64,000 nucleotides of DNA from a virus: positions 28,194 to 92,193 of the IMG/VR virus record IMGVR_UViG_3300027754_004232; one strand, written 5' to 3'. The notes under the pieces are model-generated. The model was not told where the DNA came from, searched no databases, and was given only the letters and a program-made list of their open reading frames with translations. The position numbers and the translations under genes are program-made. Positions 43,001 through 50,106 of this stretch are shown one piece after another (position 1 is the stretch's first letter; each line of letters opens with the position of its first letter).

Positions 43001-46000
43001 GTTTTCTGACTTCTTGCTATTTTAATATTTAAATTTTCGTTGAAATCCCTTTCTTCTCTTTGCATTCTTAGTCTTTGTGCTTGTGGCGATGTGCCTGGAA
43101 TATCAGAAAAGAATTTAAATCTTTTTGGGTCTACTTGTTGTTGTTCTTGAGGTGCTTTATAATTTTCATTTATACCGATTAAATTTTTTGGTTCTAAACT
43201 TTCTTTTGGATTAGGCAACCCTCTTCCTTCTCTTCGTTGTCTATCTAAAGCCAACTTTTTCTGTAGTTCTTTATATTGATCTGAACCTTCAAATACTTTT
43301 GTGTCTCTAGCTATACCAAATGTTTTATTTTGTTGGTTTTCTTCATCTATTCCAGAAATAATGCTGCTTAAACTTGAAGCATTATCAGTTTTTGCTTTTG
43401 TTGCATCTGCTGTACTTGCTGAAGCAAGATTTCTATTTTTTTCTGCTTTAGCAGTTCTAGCAATATTTTCAGCTTTTTTTCTAGCATTTCTTTCTGTAGC
43501 TACTCTTAATTCTTCAGTGCGTTTTTCTTTTGGCGTTTTTGGTTTCCAAGGGAATGTTCCAATGGTTCCAAATTTTATTACATCTTTATCTAGCTGTATA
43601 TTTAATGGGCCACGCTTATCGCCAAAATCATAATCAAACTTAAGATCTTTGATGTTTTTTGTTTGTGAAAACTTATCTTGTGCTCTATTAAGTTTTGCTC
43701 TTAGTTCTTCTGAATGTTTTGGTGGTAGTTTAGAAAGAAGCTCATCTAAAGATTTAACGCCTTTTAAATCGTATGTTGGTTTTACTTCTGTTGGTTTTGT
43801 AGTGCCCTTGTCTGCAAGATCTTTATTTGCTGTAACATTAAATTTTGTACCAAGAAAATTAAATCCAACAGACTTTAATTTCATTGATCCAGATGTTCTT
43901 GCATTTACTATTATTTCCTTAGCAGTTTTTATTTTTTCTTTAAAATCAGCTAATTGTTTTGGGCTTAACGCATTGGTAAATTCTTCTAAGTTTTTTGGTT
44001 TTACAACTGGCTTTGCAGTTGGTTTTGGCTTAGTCGGGATAGGTGCGGTAGCGGTAGCTGTGGCGGTAGGTTTTGGTACTGGTGCTGAAACGACTGGCTT
44101 TGCAGTCGGGATAGGTGCGGTGGCGGTGGCGGTAGGTTTTGGTACTGGTGCTGAAACGACTGGCTTTGCAGTCGGTGCTGAAACGACTGGCTTTGCAGTC
44201 GGGATAGGTGCGGTGGCGGTGGCGGTAGGTTTTGGTACTGGTGCTGAAACGACTGGCTTTGCAGTCGGTGTTGAAACGACTGGCTTTGCAGTCGGTGCTG
44301 GAACATATGGCTTTCCAGTCTTTCTTATTTCATCTAAAATTCTCCTTGCTTCATTTTTTCTTTCTTCCCAGTTTGGTCCTCTAGCCTTAGCTTTTTCTTC
44401 CTGCAAAATTCTCGATGCCTCATTCTTTCTTTCCAACCAATTTGGTCCTTGAGATTCACTTTTTGCTTTATTTAAATCTGCTCTTGCTTTATTTAATCTT
44501 TCATTAAATTTCGGTCCTTGAGGTTTCTCATCATATATTTTTGTCCAAGCAGCAAGTGCAGACTTTGCTTCTGGACTTGCAATGTCTTCGTTATATATTT
44601 TATCCCAAGCAGCAAGTGCAGACTTTACTTTTGGGTTTTCCATTCCTTCATCATCTATTTTTAACCAAGCAGCAAGTGCTTCTTTTTCTGAAATTCCTGG
44701 CTTTGCAGTCGGTGCGGTAGCTATAGGTTTTGATACTGGTTCTGAAACGACTGGTTTTACAGTCGCCTCATCTTCATCTGGCCTTCTACCCGCTTGATTT
44801 ACATATTCTCTATGCCCTCTTTTTACTTGTCTTTCATACTGAAATTTTTTAAATTCTTTAGTGTCACTAATAAGCTTTCCTGTTTTTGGATCTTTTTTAA
44901 GATTGGGTTTTAATAAGTTAAGGGGGTTTAATTTTGACAATGTGTCTCGCACACCACCAAAAATGCCTTTTGCTTTTTTTATTCCTAAATATTTTTCTGC
45001 AAATTTCTGTTTTCTTCTTTCTCCTTTAAATTCAATGTTTTTTCTAGCATCATATGTGTCACTTTGATTAAAATCTGTTAATAGTCTTCCGCTATCTCCA
45101 CCTCTTGATCCTACCAGTTCTCCTGGATAAACAAAACTTTTTAGTATATTGCTTTCTCCCATATCTCCACCACTAGGAAGAAGAATTGATCTTCTGTCAG
45201 CAATATTTCTTTTTTCGTATTGCTTCCTTATTTTACTTTCTGCTTCAAGTTTTTTTGCTTGTTTTTTTTCTTCTATTTGTTTAGGAGAAGAGAATATTTT
45301 TTTGCCAGCTTTATTTCCAAGTGCCCCAAGTCCAAATCCAGAAGCCATAGATCCAACAACTAAACCAGAAAAATATCCCATAAAAGGACCAATACTTGGA
45401 TCATCACCAAGAATAGAATCACCACCAAGTATTCCAGCAGCAAATGGAACCATCCCACCAACAACACCAAGCGAAACACCAAGCAACATTGACTTATCAC
45501 CAACAGTTAATCTTTCGGGTCCACCCCCCTTGCCAAACTTTTGTCTAGCCACTTGATTTTTTGGAACAACTAGTTCGCCTGGCTCAAGTAATGCACGAAC
45601 CTTATCTCCAGAGCCACTTCCCGGTACTATCCCGCCCTTTTTCATCCTTACAATAGGACCACCTTCAAAGTATCCACCTCTTTTTGCTTTAGCAGCTTTC
45701 TGTCTTTGGCTATATGCAGTAGAAGCATTATCTGTTTTAGCTCTCTCTTTTGCTTCTTCATTTGGGCGAATGCCCCTAGCTGCTTCAAAACTATCAAATC
45801 TATTTGGTTTGGTGAATGTTTCTGGATTTGTACCTTGCCATTGACTTCTTGCTTGAGCTTTAGTTGGAGGATCTTTAAAAATAGATCTAAACATTTCATC
45901 TTCTGATTGAGCATTACTTTTTGGGGGTGGTGTCGTAGTCTTTGGACCAGCTTCAGCCCTTGCTTTTCTAAGACTGTTTCTATCTAATAAAGTCTTAAGA

Positions 46001-48780
46001 GCAGCATTTATTCTTTCCATGTTGCCATTAGGTTTAGCAGTAGGATTCTTGTCTGGATGATTTATTTTTGCAGCAACTCTAAATGCACCCTTTATCACTT
46101 CATCTGTATGAATAACGCCCTTGACCAAATTTAAAATTTCTTCGGGGGAAAAATTTGGTGGAAATGGTTTTGGTCCTACATTATTGCCCTCCATGAATCT
46201 TTGGCGAGAGATTGGTCCACCTAGAGCAGCTTTTCTAAATTTAAATTTGCGAATTTTTTCAAGTTCTTTATTATTGTATGTTGTTTTTATTGAACTTAAT
46301 TCATCAAGAATTCTAGTATCGTAGCTTGTATCTGATTCAGTAGCCGATTGAATATTTTCTTTTCTGTAAGATTTTTTTTCTTTTTTTAAATCATTTATTT
46401 GATTTTGTACATCTGCTTTTTTTAAACTAGAATCTTCTATCCAATCTTTTTGTTTTAATTTTTTAATTATTTCTAATTGAAAAACTTTAGTGCCAACTTC
46501 TTTTCTAAGAATCGAACTAATTGCATCATCACTACCTTTATTTTTTGAATCTATAAATTTATCTTTTGAATCAAAATCAGAACCTTTAATTCCTATCATT
46601 GTTGCTTGTGTTTTATTGAATTTTGGAAAATCAAATCTAGCACCAGAAACTTGAGGTTTTAATCCTGTTTTTTTTGAAATATAAGACTCTAAAAAATACC
46701 CCCTTTTAGAGCCTACTTGTGATGCTAAATATTTTGGATCAACACTAGAATCATTTTTAAATATGCCAGAAACTAATGGTATATTGTTTTTACTTTTTAA
46801 ATTAATGCCCAATTTTTTTTTCTTATTTAAGAATGAATTTAATGTTTTTTGATTGCTTACGAGATTTTTATCTTTTGATATATAATCATCTGGTCCAAAA
46901 TAATAATTTCTAGCACCTTTTGCTCTAAGTATTTCGTTTTGAATTACTTGATATTCTTGAGAAAGCACAGTGTTTTCTATTTTTTTATCTAATGAATTTA
47001 TGTCTTTTTTACCAATAGTATATATATTTATTGATGAATCTTTTATGCTTATTTTTTGTTTTGCTTTTTGTGGTTTATTCCGATATGTAAAAACATCATC
47101 ACCATAAATAAGTGGCGTTCCTTTAGGAAAAGATATTTGATTATTATTTGATTTGGATTGTTTCTTGCTTGGTTCACTTGAAGCTTCTATTATTGCTCCT
47201 TGACCAGGAGTTGCTTGAAAATTATTTATATCTATAGTACCGCCACCAGCATATTTATTTCTTCTTACTTGATTCCTTGGCACAACCATCTCACCTGGCT
47301 CAAGCAAAGCTGGCACTTTATCCCCAGTTCCACTTCCTGGGACTATACCCCCTGTTCTCATCCTAAGAAAACCGCCATATGCCTTTTTATTTGTCCTTGC
47401 AGAAGAATTGTCTGCACCAGCACCTTTTACAAAACCTGTGGCAAAAGAGCCAATTCCTTGACCAATTTTTACAGCAGCAAGGGCAGTAAATAATGGGAGT
47501 AAACCTTTAAGTGAATTAATTAATGACAAAACAGAAGTGGCAGCACCAATGAATGTATCAGCCAAACTTCTAAAGCCAGGGCTATTAACAATACTTCTAC
47601 CAACCTCAAAAAAGCTTTCCTTCAACTTCTGTAGTTTTACAGCAAGAGCATCCTGTGCTTGGCCAGCATTAACGGCTAAAGACACACTACCAGCTTGAGC
47701 TATACCCAATGCCTTCTGTGCAGTAGCAAATTCTTGAATAAGTGGGATAACCTTACTGATCTGCCTATAACCACCTAATTGCTCAACAATGGCACTAAAT
47801 CGGGGGTCTGTTGACCTTAATTCAGAAAGTCCAGCAGATAATCTTTTGACTGCTTCATACGGACCAACAAACTGCTGTTCTAGGCCAGCATCGCCTAAAG
47901 CCCTAGCTTCTTCTGCTGTATACCTAAGATTTATACCAACTTCTTTTAGAGCGTTAGCCGTATCATTTCTTTGTATTCGTGTAAATATAGTTCGCAAACC
48001 AGTACCAATACTTTCGGCACTTTCTCTTGTCGTTTGTCGTACTGATGTAAATAAAGCTATAAGTTCATTTAGTTGACCACCAGCAGCTTTAAATGCACCC
48101 CCTGTCTTTCTAATCGCCTCAATAATGTCTGATGCTTCAACAGCAAACTCACCAGCTACGGCATTAACAGAACCTAAAGCTGCACCAAGATCTTTTGCTT
48201 CGATCTTAAACTGCTTCATAATAGCAATAGCACCTTCAGTCGTATCTTTGAGGTTATCAAAGTTTGGTGCTAAAGCAGCTTGTGCCATTGCTTCTAATGC
48301 ATCTTTAGTTTCAGAAAGAGTTAAGTTAGCTTGTTTTAAAACTACCGCTACGCCAATCAAGTCCTTGCTAGAAACACCTAAATTTTTAGACAAATTTGTT
48401 ACTTGTTGACCTACAGCACCAACATCTTGTACTGTGTCTGAAGAAACTTGTCTCAGCCTAATCATCTCTCTATCAAAATCTACCGCAGCAGAAACAGCTT
48501 CTTTCATTGTGTTGGTAAAAGCAATGATTGATCCAGCAGTAACGGCAAATGCAGCAAACCTTTTGGCAGCAAAGCCAGCTTGTCTACCAAAATTTTCCAT
48601 AGAGTCAGTAGCTTCAGAAATTTGAGACTTTATTTGCCCCAATCCAGAAGCACTACCTCTATCAATACCAAGCTTTACTTGAGTATTAGAATTTAGTGCT
48701 GCATTTAATTGGCTTGAAGCATTCCTCAGAGAAGCACTATTGAGAGCAATATTCAATTGAGCAGTTAAATTAAAAGCCAT
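34054..48780 (-). CDS. Giant tape measure protein (4908 aa) with inserted cargo-like domains
   Basis: N-terminal phage TMP-type region (AVDFDREM, GESIGTGLRTIFTRI-like segment), long Ala/Gln/Lys helical tracts, repeated DTVPAMLTPGEFV modules, and a position after tail-tube and chaperone genes. Confidence 0.9.
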   Translation of the reverse strand: MAFNLTAQLNIALNSASLRNASSQLNAALNSNTQVKLGIDRGSASGLGQIKSQISEATDSMENFGRQAGFAAKRFAAFAVTAGSIIAFTNTMKEAVSAAVDFDREMIRLRQVSSDTVQDVGAVGQQVTNLSKNLGVSSKDLIGVAVVLKQANLTLSETKDALEAMAQAALAPNFDNLKDTTEGAIAIMKQFKIEAKDLGAALGSVNAVAGEFAVEASDIIEAIRKTGGAFKAAGGQLNELIALFTSVRQTTRESAESIGTGLRTIFTRIQRNDTANALKEVGINLRYTAEEARALGDAGLEQQFVGPYEAVKRLSAGLSELRSTDPRFSAIVEQLGGYRQISKVIPLIQEFATAQKALGIAQAGSVSLAVNAGQAQDALAVKLQKLKESFFEVGRSIVNSPGFRSLADTFIGAATSVLSLINSLKGLLPLFTALAAVKIGQGIGSFATGFVKGAGADNSSARTNKKAYGGFLRMRTGGIVPGSGTGDKVPALLEPGEMVVPRNQVRRNKYAGGGTIDINNFQATPGQGAIIEASSEPSKKQSKSNNNQISFPKGTPLIYGDDVFTYRNKPQKAKQKISIKDSSINIYTIGKKDINSLDKKIENTVLSQEYQVIQNEILRAKGARNYYFGPDDYISKDKNLVSNQKTLNSFLNKKKKLGINLKSKNNIPLVSGIFKNDSSVDPKYLASQVGSKRGYFLESYISKKTGLKPQVSGARFDFPKFNKTQATMIGIKGSDFDSKDKFIDSKNKGSDDAISSILRKEVGTKVFQLEIIKKLKQKDWIEDSSLKKADVQNQINDLKKEKKSYRKENIQSATESDTSYDTRILDELSSIKTTYNNKELEKIRKFKFRKAALGGPISRQRFMEGNNVGPKPFPPNFSPEEILNLVKGVIHTDEVIKGAFRVAAKINHPDKNPTAKPNGNMERINAALKTLLDRNSLRKARAEAGPKTTTPPPKSNAQSEDEMFRSIFKDPPTKAQARSQWQGTNPETFTKPNRFDSFEAARGIRPNEEAKERAKTDNASTAYSQRQKAAKAKRGGYFEGGPIVRMKKGGIVPGSGSGDKVRALLEPGELVVPKNQVARQKFGKGGGPERLTVGDKSMLLGVSLGVVGGMVPFAAGILGGDSILGDDPSIGPFMGYFSGLVVGSMASGFGLGALGNKAGKKIFSSPKQIEEKKQAKKLEAESKIRKQYEKRNIADRRSILLPSGGDMGESNILKSFVYPGELVGSRGGDSGRLLTDFNQSDTYDARKNIEFKGERRKQKFAEKYLGIKKAKGIFGGVRDTLSKLNPLNLLKPNLKKDPKTGKLISDTKEFKKFQYERQVKRGHREYVNQAGRRPDEDEATVKPVVSEPVSKPIATAPTAKPGISEKEALAAWLKIDDEGMENPKVKSALAAWDKIYNEDIASPEAKSALAAWTKIYDEKPQGPKFNERLNKARADLNKAKSESQGPNWLERKNEASRILQEEKAKARGPNWEERKNEARRILDEIRKTGKPYVPAPTAKPVVSTPTAKPVVSAPVPKPTATATAPIPTAKPVVSAPTAKPVVSAPVPKPTATATAPIPTAKPVVSAPVPKPTATATATAPIPTKPKPTAKPVVKPKNLEEFTNALSPKQLADFKEKIKTAKEIIVNARTSGSMKLKSVGFNFLGTKFNVTANKDLADKGTTKPTEVKPTYDLKGVKSLDELLSKLPPKHSEELRAKLNRAQDKFSQTKNIKDLKFDYDFGDKRGPLNIQLDKDVIKFGTIGTFPWKPKTPKEKRTEELRVATERNARKKAENIARTAKAEKNRNLASASTADATKAKTDNASSLSSIISGIDEENQQNKTFGIARDTKVFEGSDQYKELQKKLALDRQRREGRGLPNPKESLEPKNLIGINENYKAPQEQQQVDPKRFKFFSDIPGTSPQAQRLRMQREERDFNENLNIKIARSQKTKKEPRTPKTESERYNISRKQSAPAQEKTLFDEMELAKIGSYGTQEQKIKDNADALKRLRDTSAENRIKGNLRLNERQSNRVRERGIANENLAENLRSLRSTATAKPVVSETKPQAQATIPIAIAKPVVSELKPQAQAAKPIVSLPNTQIPEDNYDPYAKVKKPRKPRKPRATKNTSNTASYDAQEAEYQRLLAGIAATSRTKKGRFATGGLVPGTGNSDTVPMDLPEGSFVIRKSSVNKIGADNLAKASRFASGGTVPALVMPGEYIYSPQEANKIGSSKLHAMNQFAKFARGGSVKLGKGGTPLSEDNTFDPADPRKMARLAKQLVDQQMQNNPDLTRSQARTKAATSYNDIKTKGQKLVDTSAEANRLKQQLERSTKTLEDQQTVTENLSKGIKGLEAAQKKQEAFLRANPGDARAQKKLDSVNNQLADKRRELVSEKSRLVPLQKTVAADQAKYKTAEDEQSKAKVDLDQYKVNKSGEVTKNNKVVGEQSSRGPGSISDIVKQKTANFEATFNRKATKEDKKNLKQEALGEYRTGVEKQVRADAVKRGKPVNDIQVQSVVDNYVNQASKGQRKLQTNAQGEITGDTGLGKKLVGGGYKETGELTKGGALKDFGERALFGAKRTDFETGSEGDQQFKQSRGSTVANRLTTAAVGASFLSERIKSSGGTAAGIVSKGEGDTVKVDEGAASSFKSAQAFGAALSSASTYAAVAGQSLAKFGPVVAGVGAGIAGIVGAIEGYHNGIKQAEAEIREAKIAQALNNLQNIFERVSSGLLEVNDSTLRKISENQKVVTEENATKAYEESGGNNSSFMKGLNTISFGLTGTDVNQKKYNETLSKSSKETNAAQIGPLTNVLNKYSEQIGKDAALKIKSGGGDIATTNFEDLKGGLLKDLRSAGGGSGKEQIAKIASAQDISIADAEKQFIKTLQESFQAEKIKSVTTKAVQENARAINSMQSLSNAVNAAAASADSFSSKLDTNSSLFEGSIGSTKLTSFAEKSGGSTPDFAKFNAAITESSGALGVYGEQFKSQGNAVNAASQILPDILAQSVANPISGKDTSTQITDALKEGLKARGITGAAADQVVSSVGGKVSSEDFTKLLAEAGGDVSKATQKLMSDISDPLISAFNEIDSKLTDAGNKYISGLEDLAKRQKAIGDQIGKLSELRSKSRSFAANEIQRLPGVQQGAAESINLQGARNDFSEQQQRLTGFGAGAAENPAAIASRLKSTQQQIRVQEEKVLNTNKSTNGGADFRSAALELTKLKSQSSNLNDALKSLTDQSKKLEAAQAKLSQVRQNIDEKRSLGRKLLTQGPEEQQKMLQGQAIFNQVQASGGSLQGMSTEQNAILFDFLDNFGAAGKKIQDQILDANGYGAGKDDKAEEKALIAEQARIFAQQEEAQRQIIANQQSLQQDYFSNLDSRNEKFYSELQKFTQEMQKNSLSAEKGKEQQKVAQIKDVQKEGKFLGESGFNTKEDFQKLNTYKGQVTALAKNKQEQTSLAEKGERKVPTNIKTVGGVITNTSEIENTLVNEGGYKASEAQKIREITQEKISEGKGKDSLRLARNQFHEQKGKELNTEQTKIQGDFKGSGIEEKLNSLAQKLAGNEISFDQFDRALASIKELQLGVGEGLSTAATNAEARIKALNEAINGLGGIQQLPSAEAKPQVSAFAVGGSVFKPRGTDTVPAMLTPGEFVVNRSATQQNLPLLQSINSGKTSYLAGGGIAGYINNTINNASSNLEFMNSDEYKNAIKQKYLQVASFSGELKTKADKLNEEKRNDDYLKESNVVFGSSRNWPSTINKAITKSDEKQNIIKLYNENFTTLANKTVESGKLGKELDNYDVGLSKESKLNLFNSQAEIDKKSRDRGIDYFSSEYRTIKDEISSGQGAAVVQNSLLSTLSLGVSNLIPSKAEFDKYFPETNLGKKQIKVNESSKGYVDFALGIKQKGQMNYTQEINDAKKQFDKRIAEEKQKIADEQQRLKNEKEAKFKKDTAAKLDTSNVLDKQGAIAKTKDIEKQKAKLKESGIQGDYVNSGLINEVGSQNVDKFIKEKGAKEDNYFFRRKGSPEAIAKIYLQREAQAQAIIGKMKLIQDNPEEDPTGITPKFAFEVGQQELQKLIKGEETTIDKKSLSNISAGQKKIVDSFITMNSFEKAATSKGPEMASYIETYGKAITKDPQVLVEKLIKEKAKRSDISGDPEFITAQAQGIFEALMFLDREGKANKLFASTNQIKKGRGFLEVLEEKSDKNIQSFTRFGKLTGNGIGENGIGNVNFGKKVDTEIDFSATDFRTAVPQMDNEQIIEVLMAKGLYPYKSGLDNNVLKALDATASISNYGYLNFPANKEDVVQGLMDGGLFRVNSFPKQDDEGKTIFERQATIALLENKNTYQRLVEISKQIKGDGQEPNKKAESDPNSKSQTNVVKSSNGPLPSDDANSIANRTRRGEITPQQGGVQLVNQIDDRNQADEIAALEQGDNEGRIRIMQKYQRMRDARATGMSVGGVVNYLATGGNVPSYRPNPNPSYFKPKGTDTVPAMLSPGEFVINAGATAKHGDLLSAINSGQDVGYSATGGLIEYLAYGDSSTSFEKRLKNAGITQKGMMEAIQSGDKQQIYEMNLKAGDAQRNSRNEVLSKNFEKQLGFNFFKGPDANKKAGVSRIGDAGNYAEGPQELGSYAIETKPIQLAKEQEQKQEQQKQKQTRTMPLLPPTQPTTTPPDVKDKKPDNTNAVVKTDPKQSIGEIEQLKAKMEALQAQQDAMANEELYFSKGGIPSSSSDTIPAMLTPGEFVVNARQSSKNASLLHAINTGKDVEGFANGGTVGYYAGGRTNSGGKTSGLLLQAAITFNNGTSRFDAAISRMNRPDGGSNNNNQINIAKSSFEELSRILKTEIKIGSGPIDKFNNAVTQFGTNSTGFNSGFSSSLEKFKTYVDELSAAINRIPGTLNLEIMGTLNASLNVNFDTSSVYAAVTDATESLKGWITSEIDRQITDEMG
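44005..44300 (-). repeat. Intragenic tandem repeats in the TMP encoding PTAKPVVSAP / PVPKPTATATAPI
   Basis: Near-identical DNA units (gaaacgactggctttgcagtcgg) repeated five times, plus more diverged copies near 42600-42700 and 44700-44760. Confidence 0.9.
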
Positions 48781-48794
48781 TTTTATACCTCAAT

Positions 48795-48844
48795 AAAAAA
48801 GGGCAGAGCATAAGCGTAGTTACTTCTACGATTAAACCCTGCCC
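48795..48844 (-). terminator. Intrinsic terminator-like hairpin directly upstream of the TMP gene
   Basis: Minus strand reads GGGCAGGGTTTAATCGTAG-AAGTAA-CTACGCTTATGCTCTGCCC then TTTTTT (19-bp imperfect stem). Confidence 0.75.
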
Positions 48845-48864
48845 ATCTATGCGATACTGTCCGT

Positions 48865-49737
48865 TTAGTTCTCAACGACCTTTGCTGGTTCAACAACAAC
48901 TGCTGGTGCTTCTGTTGTTTTAACAGCTTCAACCTTTTCTTCAATCGGCTTACCTTCGTCATCAAGGAATGGAGAGAAGTCAACAACATAATCTCCTTCC
49001 TCGTTAACTCGATTGCCATTAATATCAATGAGTTCACCAGCCTCACTAATATACCTACCATCCTTATTGACTAGCCTACCCTCAGAATCAACCCTTCGCC
49101 CTGTCTTATCAACTAAATGCAACTCTTCATCCACAAAGTTATATTTAGCTAAAAACTGGTTCTCAGGGAGCTTCTTTTCATAATCTGGATCAAGATTATA
49201 AAGCAACATAGCGAGGCTTCCTGCTGCCTGTCCAGTTGCTGGATCGTCATCTCTATTCAAGTAATCTTCATAATTACCAAAATATGTTTTCCCTGTCTCT
49301 GAATACACCGTACACGAACTAACCCAGTAATTGAATTGGGCATTATCTGCTTGACCTTCAGCAGTATTATTATCTAGAGATGATCGCTCAGAGGTTAAAG
49401 ACCTGAGTTCTGCACGATCTTTCCTCATTTCAAGAGCTAAGTCCTTAGCCTGATTGAGTTTAATACCGCCAGACTTAATCTTTCTTTCTGCCCCATTAAT
49501 TTTTTCCAACAATTTGCGATATTCAGCTTCTTTGTTATCATCCCAAAGATTCTGCTCTCGCATAACATTATTAACTTTACCACGAAGAATTGCACCAGAT
49601 TCAACGGCATCTCGAAATGCCTTATTATAAATCTTTTGCCCTTCCTGCCTTTGTTTAACATTAGGTCGAACAACACAAAGTTCGATTTCTTTGCTATCCA
49701 AAGTCACCTTAAACTGCTTCTTATTTGTGACACTCAT
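48865..49737 (-). CDS. Putative tail assembly chaperone
   Basis: Between the tail tube and TMP genes, helical, with C-terminal 7-aa G(R/N)xV(D/N)xx repeats. GGAGG Shine-Dalgarno. Confidence 0.55.
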   Translation of the reverse strand: MSVTNKKQFKVTLDSKEIELCVVRPNVKQRQEGQKIYNKAFRDAVESGAILRGKVNNVMREQNLWDDNKEAEYRKLLEKINGAERKIKSGGIKLNQAKDLALEMRKDRAELRSLTSERSSLDNNTAEGQADNAQFNYWVSSCTVYSETGKTYFGNYEDYLNRDDDPATGQAAGSLAMLLYNLDPDYEKKLPENQFLAKYNFVDEELHLVDKTGRRVDSEGRLVNKDGRYISEAGELIDINGNRVNEEGDYVVDFSPFLDDEGKPIEEKVEAVKTTEAPAVVVEPAKVVEN

Positions 49738-49739
49738 AA

Positions 49740-50105
49740 CTAATCCTCCTTTTGCTTAAGAATATTCTGGTGTCTGTTCCAATAAACAATATACTGCATT
49801 ATCTCATTTTCACAAGATCTAATTTGATGATTGCCATTATTTAAAACATTTGTTCTACACAAATCCCATAGTTCCCTCCACTTTCTTTGTTTGTCAGTTA
49901 AATCCGCTTCGCTTATTCCATATCCCCAAATCTCTCCAAAGTTTTGCTCAAAAGAAGAAAGAGCACCAATAAATGATGTTCTTAGCTTGGTAGTTATAAT
50001 TTTTTGCAATCTTGATTTTGATTCAGTTTCATACTTTTTTTTGTTTCTATCCTCATCTTTTTTGGAAAAGTTAGAAGCATCTTCCATTTGTGAGTATATA
50101 TCCAT
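49740..50105 (-). CDS. Hypothetical protein in the tail chaperone region
   Basis: ORF with GGAGG upstream of the ATG at 50105, tightly packed with neighbours. Confidence 0.55.
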   Translation of the reverse strand: MDIYSQMEDASNFSKKDEDRNKKKYETESKSRLQKIITTKLRTSFIGALSSFEQNFGEIWGYGISEADLTDKQRKWRELWDLCRTNVLNNGNHQIRSCENEIMQYIVYWNRHQNILKQKED

Positions 50106-50106
50106 T

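Noticed and set aside
34184-48625. Many plus-strand ORFs of 60-270 aa opposite the TMP
   Set aside because: They are antisense shadows of a long biased coding sequence, with no recognisable motifs or independent expression signals.
48783-49061. Overlapping 92-aa ORF ending just before the TMP, suggesting a lambda G/GT-type programmed frameshift
   Set aside because: No canonical XXXYYYZ slippery site was seen in the overlap, the extension would be short, and it would run through the terminator hairpin.
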